Source: the human T2T-CHM13v2.0 reference genome, Homo sapiens
Reading direction: 5' to 3' (one strand)
NCBI RefSeq assembly: GCF_009914755.1
Contig: NC_060943.1
DNA length: 64,000 nt
Of this stretch, positions 1 to 14,724 are shown in pieces. A program made the translations under genes and the position numbers. The notes beneath the pieces are model-generated. The model had not been told where the DNA came from. It searched no databases and worked only from the letters and a program-made list of their open reading frames with translations. How positions within the stretch are numbered: the stretch's first letter is position 1; each line of letters opens with the position of its first letter.

Positions 1-619
1 GGAGAGGTCAAACCAATTAGCTGAGATTTTCTTTTTAATGAAAACTCTGATGAGTTAATCATTGTGAGGTAGGGAGGCTTTGAAACCCCTGTTAACTGGG
101 ATGATTAAAACATACTTGATTAAGCTGAGGCAGTGACAGCATATAGATTTTCTTACAGGCCAACTCCAACCGAGTCATGGTGGTGGCCACTATTGTTAAG
201 AAGGGTTCTGAGGCTGAACAAGGCTTAGGACGAGGGAGTTTTCAGATGAATTAGTCACATGTGCCTTGCACACCAGAGATATGTGGGCAGGGGTGATACA
301 TGACATTCCTGTCCTTTGGAATAATCAGAATTCATGGCTTTTATTAATCATAGAGCTTCAAGAAAACAGATTAGAAAGGCTGCTTAGCTCCATAAGCTGC
401 AAATGTTAGAACAGAGGTAAGATGAGAAAGAAGTTTCCAGAATGTGCCAAAGGTAAATATGCTTCTTCAACGTTGTCTGGATTTTCCCAAGAAGAAAAAG
501 GAGGAGAATGGTGATGAGAAGAAGATGGAGAAGGAGAAAATCCTTTAAGATATGACTTACAGAGGCATTATAAACTGAAAGGATCAGCGTCTAGAATGTG
601 TGCGTGTGTGCGTGAACAC

Positions 620-1355
620 AGAAAACCATAAACAAATAAGAAAAAGACAAACACCTAATAGAAAGACAGGTCAAGGCTAAGACTTCTTAGAGAAAAGCCA
701 ATGATCAATAAATAAAAGCTGCTCGATTTCACCAGTGGTCCATGCTGTGTGAACTAAAACAGCATTCTATGGCTCCAAATTGGCAAAACTTTTGAATCTG
801 ACAGTATAAAGGATTGGGAGGATGTGAGAACTGGGTAGGGGTGCACACAACTCACAAGCCCTTAGGACAGCAAGTTGGCAACCTCTAGCACAGCTATAAA
901 CGTGCCAATCTTCTGCTGTTCCAGCATTTCCACACTAGGTGTGTACTCTCAGAAAACGACAGTCAATGAGTCCCATGGAAGGATGCTTCCCATAGTATGG
1001 TGCAGTAAACATCAAAAGCCAAAACTAGCCAGACAGCCCCACAACAGGGAAATGGTGCATAGCGACCAGACACAAGATGTATGGTTTACCTCTGAGTAAT
1101 AGAGAAGTGTCCACGTCATGTTTATGTAGAGAACAAGTATGGCACGGAGGACAGTCCCTCGTCTTCTACCAATGCCGTACGTTTTCCATCTAAATACAAA
1201 GAACATGTCCTGAAGGCCACACACCCACAGATAATTATGATAATACAGAATATATGGCGGATTGGGATGGGAGAGGGTCAGAGAGGACTTTACTCTTATC
1301 TGTAATGTTTTAATATTTTATAACAATAATGTGTTCATGTATTCTTTGAGTAATT
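620..1355 (+). mobile_element. Old LINE-1 (L1ME-like) 3' fragment
   Basis: Degenerate L1 ORF2-end/3'UTR hallmarks (aaattggcaaaa...gaggatgtgaga; cagcatttccacactaggtgtgtactc; cagggaaatgg). Confidence 0.65.
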
Positions 1356-1363
1356 AAAAGTTA

Positions 1364-1647
<284 letters not shown>

Positions 1648-2448
1648 TTAAAAAGAGCCTCGACTCCTGGATTTACAGAGCACAGGCAGGCGGCTGGGGG
1701 TGGTCAGCTGGATGCACGTGGCGATGGCAATGTCTCTGCGTCCACAGCAGCCTCTGGCCCTTTTCCTTGGCTGTTACTGGCCATGTTCATGACTGAGCTC
1801 CTTTGAAATGTGTTCACTGGGGAAGAGCAGTCTCCTGTTTCCTGTTGCTACTGCTTGAAATCATGATTTCAGAGCCCAGGCTGTAGGATGGGCAGCTGCC
1901 TCTTCCCTAGGTGGGAACAGAATACTGGCCCAGCCTCTTGAAGTCTCCTTGCAGGTTCCTACCCTCTTGGTACTTTAGAGGGGACCCTGAGAAGCAGAAG
2001 ACATCTTTTTATTCCTGGAAGCCCCTGCTCTCCTTGTCCATGGTGCTGGAGGGTGAATATCTCCAAATCAGCACCTCCATGGCACCACGTGTGGGTGACC
2101 AACAACTGCTCACAAAGGTTTCTTCCCCAACCTCTGGGGGAACTCCAGGCAGGGAGACCTGTGGAAATACCTCAGAGGATATTCCTGTAATATGGACTGC
2201 TTGGACCTCTTAGACCCTCCCCACTTGCTCTTGCATTCACCAACCCAGCCTCCTCACGGCCAGCCAGTCCTCTTCCTGGCCTCTCTTCCAGGCCCAGCTC
2301 TGTGCCAGCGCCTGGGGGAGGCTCCATTCTCTTACCCTCCTGCATGCTTTGTTTTACTCCCACTGGCCAGGAGCCTTCTGGACCTCCTTGAGAAGCAGTC
2401 TCAGGCCAGCTCAGGCTGGGGTTGGGGAGATGGGCTATGGTTGTTTCC

Positions 2449-2863
2449 TGATATGATTTGGAACTTTTGTTCTCTCCAAATCTTATGTAAAGAAGTGGCC
2501 TCCCATGTTGGAAGTGGGGCCTACCGGGAGGTGTCTGAGTCATGGGGGCAGAACCCTGATGGGTGTCTGGGTGCCATCCTCACCATAATGAGGGAGTTCT
2601 CACTCCGAGTTCACAGGGGAGCTTGTTTGAAAGAGCCTGGTACCTCCTCCCCTCTCTCTTGTTCCCACTCTCGCCATGAGACACACTGGCTCCCCTCCCT
2701 ACTCTGCCATGATTGGAAGCTTCCCGAGGTGTCTCCAGAAGCCAATGTCAGCCCCATGCAGGTTCTGTACAGCCTGCTGAACCGTGAGCCAAGTAAGCCT
2801 CTTCTCTTTATAAATTACCCAGTCTCAGGCATTCCTTTATAGCGATGCAAACAGATGAACACG
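2449..2863 (+). mobile_element. ERVL-MaLR solo LTR (MST family, MSTB-like)
   Basis: Starts tgatatgatttgg; 3' ctttataaattacccagtctcaggcattcctttatagc; 5-bp TSD tttcc (2444-2448 / 2864-2868). Confidence 0.92.
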
Positions 2864-3274
2864 TTTCCCCTATTCTTTTTGACTTTCTATGACCTTCCCG
2901 GTGTCCACCGCCCCTTGTCTAAACCTATGCTGTCGTTACCTGTGCGGTGCTGAGTCCCCAATCAGGCCTTCTCATCACCAGCAACCAGCATTGCCTCTTG
3001 AACCCATCTTTCCCTGCACAGCAGCCTGGAGGCACTGCTTCCAGGGAGAAGTGCTAAACACAGAGTGCCCTTGTTATTGTTGTTAATGGTGAAATACTCA
3101 CTGAGGGCCTGGGATAGAGGAGGATCAAGACCAACTCCGGTATGCACATCTTTACCTGCTGTGCTGCTCAGCACCTTAGGGCCAGGAAGGGAACTCAGAG
3201 GTGGGTCTGGTCCACAGAGCCAGGGTGCTTGGGCTGCAGCCTTGCACAGATGAGACTGCTCTCTGGTTCAGGAA

Positions 3275-3480
3275 GCACCAGCAGCTCCGAGTCAGGTCGT
3301 CTGGGTTCAGTTCTGGGCTTGGCCACTTAGAATCTGGTGCTGACAGAGTGGCTGTCCCTCATAGCTGAGGCTGAACTCTGGTCTGTTTCGTCTTGTGTGT
3401 GGGGCATATAATTATTCCTTTCTTACCTGTCTCCTGGCTGGAGGGTGAAGTTGTCATGCACGAGAAAGGGCATTTGGAAG
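3275..3480 (+). mobile_element. MIR SINE (degenerate)
   Basis: gagtcagg..ctgggttcagttctgggcttggccacttag MIR 5' core. Confidence 0.55.
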
Positions 3481-3544
3481 GCCCATGTTTACAAGGTCCC
3501 TTGGTCCTGGGCAGGGACGTTCTTCTGTAGCCTTCGATCCAGGC

Positions 3545-3830
3545 TCATTCATCAGTCACCTGATTGGCACAGATTTATTGAGAACCCATTTGCCAAGTAT
3601 TCTTCTAGACTGGAGGAATGCAGAGAAAAGCACAGTCCAGCCCTCCTGTTATTTTCAGTCTAGCAGGAGGGGAGGGAAATAGAAATGGAAGTGCACAGAG
3701 TGGCAGGTGCTATTAGGGGCTGAAACAAAAGGTGCTCTGGGCACACCGTAGGTCATGCGGCCCGGGGAGATCCCCCTCAGCTGACTTCATCTATGTCAGA
3801 GTGAACAGCATGGACGAAAGCACCGAAGTG
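3545..3830 (-). mobile_element. L2 3' fragment
   Basis: cattcat...atttattgagaaccc...cacagtccagccctc...cagtctagcagg, the reverse-strand L2 tail pattern. Confidence 0.65.
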
Positions 3831-3914
3831 TGAGGGAGTATGGTGCCTTCTTCTTCAAAAAGGCACATTTCAGAGTGGCTGATGTTTGCTAAGGGAATGA
3901 AGTTCAAGGACAAG

Positions 3915-4310
3915 CTGTGCAGGGGAGCAAATACAATTTGAGGCAGTTGATGCCATCCACATCTCCACAGCACTCACAGGGCTCATCTGTGGACCAATTT
4001 CTACTGCAAGTTCCTCCAACCCTGCAGGACAGGCAGCTCAGAAGTGCTAGGGAGTTAACATCCCCAGGAGCATCCATCCCGCATTGGGTGGGACCGCTCT
4101 GTGTCCCATTCTGCACTGCATCCCCAGGGGTCTCAGCAGATCTGAGCTCCAGTTACCCCTAGCAGCAAGCTGCTCACAAACCCATCTGGCTTTCTTCTCT
4201 TCCCTGTCTCACTTCCTTGCTCCCCCATGGACATTTGCTGCCATTGCCCCCCAAATAAACTACTCAAAGAAGCCAGTGCCTGCGAGCCCAAATCTGAAAC
4301 AAGCCAGACT
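3915..4310 (+). mobile_element. ERVL LTR16-family LTR
   Basis: gggagttaacatccccaggagc...tgagctccagttaccc...ttccctgtctcacttcc...cccaaataaactact. Confidence 0.75.
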
Positions 4311-6149
4311 GTGAAAAACCTGGTTTTGCCTCAATACTCACTCTGTATGAGATCCAATGGGCTGTCCCATTCAGAAGAAGTTTCTGCATTTCTGTCTGTT
4401 TCTGCTGTTCCTGCTACCCAGTCAACAGAGCACATGTCAGCCTCCTTCCAGCCCTGGGACAGCCCTGCCCCTCCCTTACCTTGTCCCAGTCTCCCCATCA
4501 CACCCACACCCCTTGTTTACCAAATGTTCGATCTTGGTTATGTTACTATAAAAATCAAGCAGCTGGCAATTCCAGCTTGATTACCAGGTCTCCAGTTTTG
4601 ATTAGTAAATTACTGTGGTAATCAAGGTTAATTCTCGCTGCAGCGCTCAGCAATGGATTTTATATTTTTCAGGGAAATGGTTTTCCTGCCTGGGATGGAG
4701 AACATTTCATTAAAGGAACCCAAAGATAGGAAAGAAAGGAAGTGAGTCCTGGAAGTATGGAGAATGGGCACCTGCAGGTCTCCTCTCTCTGTCCTACCTT
4801 CCAGTCTGCCCTTGGCTGGGGTCAAGGAGCCAGGACAGGACAGGGCCTCCTGAGAAATACTAGTCCACCACTTCTGGCTTTTGGAGTGCCATTGAGAGAC
4901 CAGGGAAAAACTCTTCTTGCTGGAACTGAAAGCCACTGAGCTCAGGTCAGAAATCCTAGCTGCTGGGGGGTAAAGGGGTCAGTGCTCAAGATCAGAGATG
5001 TCTTTGGGTGATTGATATCTTTAAGTGCTTCAGGGGGATGTGAAGGAAAGTAGGCTCTGTCAGTGCTTGTGTGCGGGCAGCCTCTAGACTCTAGACTCCC
5101 CGCCCTACGGGATGTCACTTTCTCCAGGGAATGAATGGCATCTATGGAAGGGGTCAGGAGTTCGGAGAGACACCCAGGCTTGCAAGAGAGCTCTTGGGAT
5201 GGTGGAACCTTGCAGCTGGATTTCATTTCTGATTTTTGTCCTGGGTCTAGTATATGGACTGTGGACCCCAGACAAGTTGGAATTAAGGTGTTCTGACCTA
5301 CAGATAGAGATAGGACAAGAGAGAATGGGGGCTGGCCCCAGCCCACCCAGGATTTCTCTGTGAGCTAATCCCACCACCTGTAACTCCCTATATTGCCATC
5401 AATAAATGTCAGCAATGAATGCTTTGCCTCTAGAAGGTGAGATTTGTTTTTAGTATCTCTTTGGGGGATGGACACTGTCAGTCCATAGAATTTATATCAA
5501 ACTTTTTTAGCAGCAAAGATGTGTGGCAGTGAAGGTTATGGTCAGTGCAGAGGTGCTCCCACCTCATCCCACTCTGAGTCAAAGGAAGCTCACAGGTTGC
5601 TCTGCTGCCAACCCCACCCTCTATCTGTCCTTCTCTCCTACACATCCATAATCGCCCTCTGGACCAGAGCACGCAGCTGGTCCTAACTTCACCTGGATGT
5701 AAAGATGAAGCGAGTCGTCCTGCAGGCTCCACCCTTCACTCTGCTCCATACAGTAGGAACTGGTGTGCACATGGTGTAGACTCTGTTCTGGGGAGTCTCA
5801 CCCCAGAACCGCCAAGCAGGAAGAACAGATGATTAAAACCCAGACCTGGCCTTTGACTTGGTCATCTTGTTTTCTGGGGGTCTCAGGAAGAGACTGCCTT
5901 CTTGGTGTCTCCCCTTCCCAGATTACTGTCTCCAATTTCAGGAGTCCCCAAAGCTTATTAGCACCTTTACAAAGTGGGTGTGGGTGAGGTGGAGTCTGGA
6001 CTGGGAAGACCTGGAGCTAGCACTCCTGTCTGGAGGTGAGATTGATATGTCCTCATTCTCAGTGCCCCTGTGGGGCCATGCCTCTAGGAACAGATGTTTG
6101 CTCAGGGGAAGGACAACATGTGTCCAAACCTCATTTCAAATATGTTTTG

Positions 6150-6434
6150 TGCTGGGTATGGTGGCTCATACCTGTAATCTCAGTACTTTGGGAGTCCGAG
6201 GCTGGTGGACTGCCTGAGGTCAGGAGTTCGAGACTAGTCTGGCCAACATGGTGAAACCCCGTTTCTACTAAAAATACAAAAAATTAGCAGGATGTGGTGG
6301 GCGCATGCCTGTAATCCCAGATACTTAGGAGGCTGAGGCATGAGAATCGCTTGAACCTGGGAGGTGGAGGTTGCAGTTAGCCGAGATTGTGCCATTGTAC
6401 TCCAGCCTGGGTGACAAAAGTGAAACTCCATCTC
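6150..6434 (+). mobile_element. AluSx-like
   Basis: Full dimeric Alu body; the tail position is occupied by a microsatellite. Confidence 0.96.
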
Positions 6435-6512
6435 TTTCTCTTTCTCTCTCTCTCTCTCTATACATATATATATATATGCACATATGTATATACACACACA
6501 CATATATATGTG
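6431..6512. repeat. Compound (TC)n(TA)n(CA)n microsatellite
   Basis: Read directly from sequence. Confidence 0.95.
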
Positions 6513-6944
6513 TTTTGTTAGGCAGAAAGTGAAAAGCCTTTTTCCTCCCCACTGCAAAATCTGGGTGTCCCGAGACCCCTCAGAATTCTCGGACAGGATC
6601 TTGGATCTTCATCTCTGTGCCTTTGGCAGCCACGAAACCCCACCCATCCTTCAAGTTTCCTTACAACAAAATTATGCTGTGCTCTTCTGGAGTGGCATGA
6701 ATAAAGCCCCATGAAAGCAGAGAGTCCCAAGAAAGGGCCTAATTCCAGGAAGAGATGGAAACTCTTGCAGGTCCCCTTGCTTAAGAACAATTAAGCCCTG
6801 ACACGTGCTTGGGTGGCAGGGTCAGGAGAATTGTCTGAGGGCCACTGCGGCTTATGACAGGGGCTGCCAGTTTCCTTCTAACTCTGAGAAGCATGTGAGC
6901 TGGACTTAAACTCCATCCAGCATTGTCTACATCTCCCTCACCCT

Positions 6945-7085
6945 TGCTAGCTTTATGACCTTGGGCAAGGCACTTCCTTCCTTGTACCTCAGCTTCCTCC
7001 TCTGTCAAATGGGTATTATAGCAGTGATTAATTCACAGGACTATGTTAGGATAAATGAGGTAAGACATACAAAAGGCTTTCACCT
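6945..7085 (+). mobile_element. MIR
   Basis: tgaccttgggcaag...cctcagcttcctcctctgtcaaatggg...aggataaatgag MIR core. Confidence 0.85.
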
Positions 7086-8624
7086 TTTATAAGAAATAGT
7101 GCTTAAATGTGGCCCATCAATATTTCTTACCCCAGCAGGGCAGTATTATGCAAATCTGTGCTTGCATGATGTGATGTTTGCTGATGAGCTGGTAGCCAAA
7201 GCCAGCCCAGGGTCAATGTGGGAGAGCAAGGACAGCGGGAGGTCTGACTCCCTGAATCCAGGTGTGCTATGAATTCCCTTTGTCAGCAATTACTACAATG
7301 TCTGAGTCTCCGGATGTTCTTGCATCCTTGTGCCTCACCCCCTTGTGTCCAGTGGATTCTTTTTCATCCCTCTTTCCCGTACGTTTTGTCTTGAACTACA
7401 CAATGTCAGTGGGATGAGGTGCAGGAGAAAGAGAGTGGTCTTAAGAGAGAAGATATCTTTGGGGTAGATGAAGAATCCATAAACTGCAAGACTACTTTAT
7501 GGGCCGCTAGAGATGAGGAAAAAGTAGTCATACCGAAATGTGTTTTGGGAGGCTAAATTTTACACATTTGTTTGGTATTATGCAAATTTTCCTTTGTAGA
7601 TTACTCTCAGCAGAGAAAAGCACCATGATGTCAGTGCCACGTTAAAGTGGTTAGTGTATCACCCTGCAGCAAGACTGTGGAATCAGAACCCCAGAACAAT
7701 GACTTCTGGCATTGTCTCTCTATTAGTGATTGCAGCTGATGTCATTTTGCCAAACAAAATTATAAGCAAAATGGATGTTTTGGGTCAGAGTGTGCCAAGG
7801 AATATAAAGCTGCATTTCTTTCAATAAATCCTGCCCTCTTCTGCCAGGACAAAGACATACAACCTATGGTGATTGACGTTTTCACCACTAAATTATACTA
7901 TGTCTATTTCTAGAAGAAATGTCTCCATTCCAAAATTAGCAAACCATCAACATAACATAAAATAACATGAACATGGTGTCATTTCGCAAAGATATTGATT
8001 CATGTAGACTCACTGGATTAATAACTGGTTTCCCATAAAAGGAGTAGTCACTATGTCTTTGGTAGACAGAAAAAATATACACTTTAGAACAATATATATT
8101 GGTACCTTTAAGCCTGATTGCTAAGCTCAAATAAACAGAAGAGTTTTCAGAGGAAACATTGCAAACGAAGAGAGAGGTGACATACGGCAATGTACAAATG
8201 GATCCAGGAGTGATGGAAAGCTAATAAAAAAAGACAACTATTTATTTATTTGGAGCATTTGATTTTACTCTATTGGATTACATGAAGCTCTAATTTTTCA
8301 CTGCAGTCAATCTGTATAAAAGTTCAACTGATTGAAGCATATATTTAATTCCTAAATGCCTTTTCTTTCAACCCCCTACTTCTTCAAAGTTGGACCTTTA
8401 GTGTCTTGAGTAGCAAAGAGGTTTGGCTTATGTTGGAGCAACCAGACCCAAGGAGGCATTTAAATGCTGTGGGTGATTTACTCAGTTCCTAACGACAGCC
8501 AATCCACTCTTTTCTCCTCTAGGACTGGATTTGCCAATATATTGAGAAAATATGTTTCTTTGCATTTTTTTTGATGTTTTCTTCAATGAAGTTCCATGGT
8601 AATAAAGTAATTGAAATTAACCTT

Positions 8625-9077
8625 CCCAGTTTACTCATGGCATTTAGAATGAAATTCAAACTCCTTACCAGAGACTGTTGGTTCCACATGTGTTGGTTCA
8701 GCTTGCTTTTCTAAGCTCACCTCTCTCTACTCTTCTTGCCACACCCAGGGTTGGCCCTTTCCGTCAAAGGAACAGTGCTCATCACTGCCCCTCTATTTGG
8801 AATCTTCTTCCAGCCTTTCACATTGCTGCAACCATCTTGTCTTTTGGCCTTTGCTCCTCAAAGACACCTTCCTTATCCATATAATTTTCTAGAAAAATGA
8901 CCAACTGTCCATGACCCACTTTCATTGAATTATTGCATTTTAATATCATCGTCTCTTCCCTCTGGAATATAAACCCTTTGAGAAAGGGAGAGTCCTTATG
9001 GGGCTTGTTGATGGCTGTATCCCTGTGGCCCCGCACAGTGTTGGCAGACAGAAGGTGCTCAATAACTGAATGGATAC
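8625..9077 (+). mobile_element. L2 3' end
   Basis: tagaatgaaattcaaactcctta...gcacagtgttggcagacagaaggtgctcaataactgaatggat. Confidence 0.8.
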
Positions 9078-10399
9078 ACTTCTGGGAGGAAGATTCAGAA
9101 ACAGAAAGCAATCTTTTTGACTCAGTTCCAATTTGCTGTCATGTTTTTGTAGGATAATTGTCTTCTTTATATCTCAATTTTTCTTCCCTTAAATAAGAAG
9201 AGTGGTGTTTATATGCTGTCCAGAAATGGTGCACAGATTAAGTCCATTGTAAAACAAAACAAAATAAAGCTATCTAGTTATTTATTTGCTTTTAAAAAAC
9301 TTTTCTGGTTTCTTCACAATAGGCTTAAGAGGTAAGAGTTTGTTTAACATAGAAAACCAACTATGACTGTGAGGACACATCTGCTCTAGGGATTAAAGCT
9401 AACTCAGTATGTAAAACATCCCTTTGGAAATGGTCATATGTGTCTTCAGGGGATTTGACAACTGGTTCTCCCATTTGTTTTTCATTGTTGAAACAGATCA
9501 TTGTTTCTGCAGTTGAATACTGGATTAAGTAGTTGTATTAAAAATTAACATTTTAATGCACTAAAATCACAGACCACGAGACGACCACCCAAGGAGACAC
9601 AGAGGAAATGGGACCCAGAAGAGACTGCATATTCATTGGTTCCCATTTTATGTTTATTTCTGGACAAAAGCTGATTGAGTAAGCTGGCAGGTAGACTAGC
9701 CTACTTCTTCAACCATTGTGTTTCCATGCCTGGCCTCCACCCTCTTCAACTGGGAATAGATTATTTTCATTAACCCAACAGTAGTGATTCCCCCTGCAGC
9801 TTCAGTCTCCAGTTATTTGTAGCTGAATCTATTGCTTCTCTGGAAAGGATTGCAGATAGCCAATGGCCTTCCAATGCTCTGGGTGGATTTGCTGGCTGTA
9901 GTCCCATCTGGAGGCAATGGAGGGGAGTGCTTCCTTGGATATCTTTCTCCAGGTGAAACCATTTGGCAAGGTCTCAGAACTCTAGGAACAGTCTGGAAGC
10001 CCCTTTTTTTGCCAATGTTGGGAATGTCTTGCCCATCACAGGGATTTGTCTGCTTTGGAGGTTATCAAACCTGAAATTGAAGGCAGTGGTCCAGCAGGAT
10101 TTAAAGTCTTTTCTAATTGGCAGAACCTGGAAATAATATTGTGAATCTGGAACCAAAGGGCCCCTATTGCCAGTGCCTTTGGATTCTAGAAATGTGAGCT
10201 CAATAGTACCTATTGAATAGTCCCTAAATCTCTGTCCTTACCTCGCAGGTCAGCAGTTCTAGAAGAATCTTTCTGGACAAAAGACCTGGAGTTGGCACTT
10301 TTGGCTGCCACTCAACATTGAATGGCCTCTAGCTGTGACCCATCTTGGGACAAGAAAATAAACTGTAAGTTTGGAAAATGAAGACTTTTAAAAAGATTA

Positions 10400-10744
<345 letters not shown>

Positions 10745-11869
10745 TCAGAAGCTGTCTTCCAGCAGGTGTTTATATGAGAATAAAATAAGAGAGAGGAGGA
10801 GCTGCCCCAGAAGGAGAAGTCCCCAGGAGGGGACTCTCAGCCAGTCACACTCTGCAGCCCAGTGGACTGTTTCAGGAACCTCCTCTCCAATTCTTCCACC
10901 CTTGCCTGCTTTTTGGTTCCCAACCCCCACTCCCACAGTGATTTTGTAATTTTCATTCCATCCTTCCTGAAGATAAAAGACACCATGGGTGGGATCCGTG
11001 AATAAAAGTCGTTATTTATCGATGCCGGTTTTGGGGAACATTTTTCCTTCTGATTCATGAACCACTTTTCTACATTCGAAAAGCAGTTCATAAATCGTTC
11101 AGCACCGGCAGAAATTAATAATAATGAATCCATTTACATAAAATAGTCTCATCCTGCCAGGTGCTGATAATATTTGAAGCTGGAATCTCTTTAGGAAACT
11201 GGATGGCATATGTGCGTGTGTTTTCCTATACATCAGACCTCACACCTTCCTTTTGTGAGTTTTACCAGAAATTTAATTATTTAGTGGCCAGTCTTGATCA
11301 CTGGGAGATGCTATTTGCAAAACTGGGGAAAGATAAAAATAAGAGAAATATTGCAGTGTCTTAAGAAGATAGTTTTAAGCCATGAGAGTTCGTGTCTAGT
11401 GAAATTAACCCTTTGAGTAGTTCAGAGAAATACAGCTACCCACGGAATCATTGAGTCCTAAGAAGGATCGTCACTATCTTATGGCTCACATATGCTCACA
11501 CTCACACAAGCATGAACACACACAGGATTTTTTTGCAGTAACAAAAATGAATGCATACATCGTAAACTCTATTTTCAAAGGTATATGACAAAGAGCATAA
11601 ATTATATTATAAGTAGGTCTTATGTAAAAAAAAAAAAAAGAGTACTGTGATCAGACGAACTGGTGCAACATACCAATTAACACAAACAAGATAGGGTGCC
11701 TGCCTCCAGAGTAGCACACTCCACAAATGGACTGAAGAGTTTGGCAGAAATGTTTTGCTTGAGTACTTTTTTTCCCCAGCAGGAACAGAAGGTTAAGCTC
11801 TCATACTCCTCAGTCATTAGAATCTGATTACCACTGTTTGTTACATGGTCCCTTTCTTGTTTTGTATAT

Positions 11870-13420
11870 TGATCCCACTTTATCCTCTCATGCTACTCCT
11901 ATTCCTATAGGAAAACATGCGGTTGTGTTAAATGTACATTTTTGTTTTGTTTGCATCCATTTTTAACTTACGTAAAGGATATTATGTTATTTACTTGGTT
12001 CTGTATCTTTCTTGTTTCATGAAACACAGTGACTTTCACATGTACCCACATTGTTCTGCAAACATGAAATCTGCCGCTTCACCATGATTTCACACACGCT
12101 TATGTTGTTGCTCTCTAAATGTAAAATCTGCTGCTTCTGGTTGTACACAGTTCTCTCTAATGTCCATCCATTCTTCCAGTTGGCTGTCTCCAATTCTCCA
12201 TCCCTACAGACAATGCTGCAGAAAGAGTCTTTTCAAACAGGTGCAAGGATTTCTTTGGGATATATGTCCATGAGCAGAATTGCAGGGTCACTGCATGTGC
12301 ATATATTAAATTTGACTAGGTTGTGCCAGATGCTCCTGGGTGGCTGGCAGCTCCAGTCTACATTCCCACCAGCAGTGTGGGGAGTCCATATCCTTGCCAA
12401 CATGTGGCATTATCCAACTGTCTTGTCAATCCGAAAAGAATGAAGCGCTGTCTCGTTTTAATGGCATTTGTTTCTAATTGCTAATAAATGTGAACATCTC
12501 TATATGTGCTTATTAATTAGCCTTTTGAATCTCTGCTCTAAATGGCCTATTTACAGCCTTTGTACATCTCTTTCCTTCTGAAATTGTTTGACAACTTCTT
12601 ATTGATTTATAGGCATTCTTTATCAGTTTTTGACATCATAAACTTCTCCAAATCTGTCACTGCCTATAAACTGTCTATAGTGTCTTCAGTTGAGTAGAAG
12701 TTCTCCTTTTTCCTCTATAGTTGTACAGTCCTGTGGTAGGCAGACTTCCAAGGTGCCACCCAGTGATCTCTGTCTCCTGGTACTCACGTGGTTGTGAATC
12801 CCTTCATATCAAGTGTAGGCTGAGCCTAGTGACTTGCTTTTCATGGATGGGGTATAGCAAAGATGATGGCAGGCCACTCCATGATTAGATTACAAATGAG
12901 TGTGACTTACAGCTTGCTAGTAGACTCTATTGCCCTTCCAGCTTGCACACTTTGACAAAGACGGCTACCATATTGGACAGGTCCATGAGACAAGAAACTG
13001 AGAAAGGCCAATAGCCATTGAGAAACGGAAGCCCTTAGTCCAACAGCCTGTAGAGAACTGATTTTTGCTGCAATCACATGAGCCTGGAAGTGGATCTTTC
13101 CCCACTTGAGCCTTGAGATGACTGAAGCTCCGGCCAATACGTCAATTGCAGCCTGGAAGAGAAACCCCAAAGGACCCTGCTAAGCCACACTGGATTCCTG
13201 ACCCATGGAGATAAAGAGGCACATTGTTGTAAGCCATTCAGTGTTGGGTTATTTTGTCACTCAGCAACAGATGACTCATAGCAATTCTAAAGTTGTAATT
13301 TTGACACTTAAGCCTTTAGTTTATCCAGATTTCACTCCTCTGTAGTGTTAGGAAGAGATCCAGCTTAATTTTTCAACAGAATTGGTCTTGAATTCCAAAC
13401 CTGCTATTTACATTCTGTTT
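11870..13420 (-). mobile_element. Old L1 (L1ME-like) 3' region, split by an MLT1 LTR
   Basis: Antisense L1 motifs (caatgctgca, gcagaattgcagggtca, cattcccaccagcagtgt, atttgtttctaattgctaat). Confidence 0.75.
12732..13283 (+). mobile_element. MLT1 (MLT1F-like) LTR
   Basis: tgtggtaggcagacttccaaggtg...ctaagccacactggattcctgaccc...ttgtaagcca...cagcaacagatgact. Confidence 0.85.
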
Positions 13421-13721
13421 CACAAGGTGAGATAATGTATGAAAAATTGCTTAAGGCAGTGTCTTCCTCCCACAAAGAAAAGGCAGCTACAGATGCAGTT
13501 ATTTGCTATTATGCAACTCAGTGAGAGGCCATTGTAGAGGATATTCTCCAAAACTCCCTGACAATGAGTCACTTCCTGATTGATAATTTCACATAGCTGC
13601 ATTCTTAGGAGCTCACTTGGGAACCTAAACCATGGAGAAGTTAAGATTTTGTCCCAGAAGTCTCCTCTGAGACATAGGTCCTCTGAGACACAGGCTACTT
13701 TAAGGAAAAGATAAAAAATCA

Positions 13722-14155
<434 letters not shown>

Positions 14156-14327
14156 CCTGAGAAGCAGCAGGAAGGCCTTGGAGAATGAGGATTTTCACTC
14201 TAGAGCTGCAGAAAAGCAGGTTGGAATTCACCTTGTGAGACTGACCTTGGGTAGAATCAGGTCAGGGCCTGATTGCTCTGTCCTTCCTCTGCCATGTCCT
14301 GCTTGGTGCTCAGTATCCCCCCTTCTA

Positions 14328-14724
<397 letters not shown>

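Noticed and set aside
2192-2842. Longest ORF in the track (216 aa)
   Set aside because: About 60% lies inside the MST LTR; no recognisable domain, and such LTRs are non-coding.
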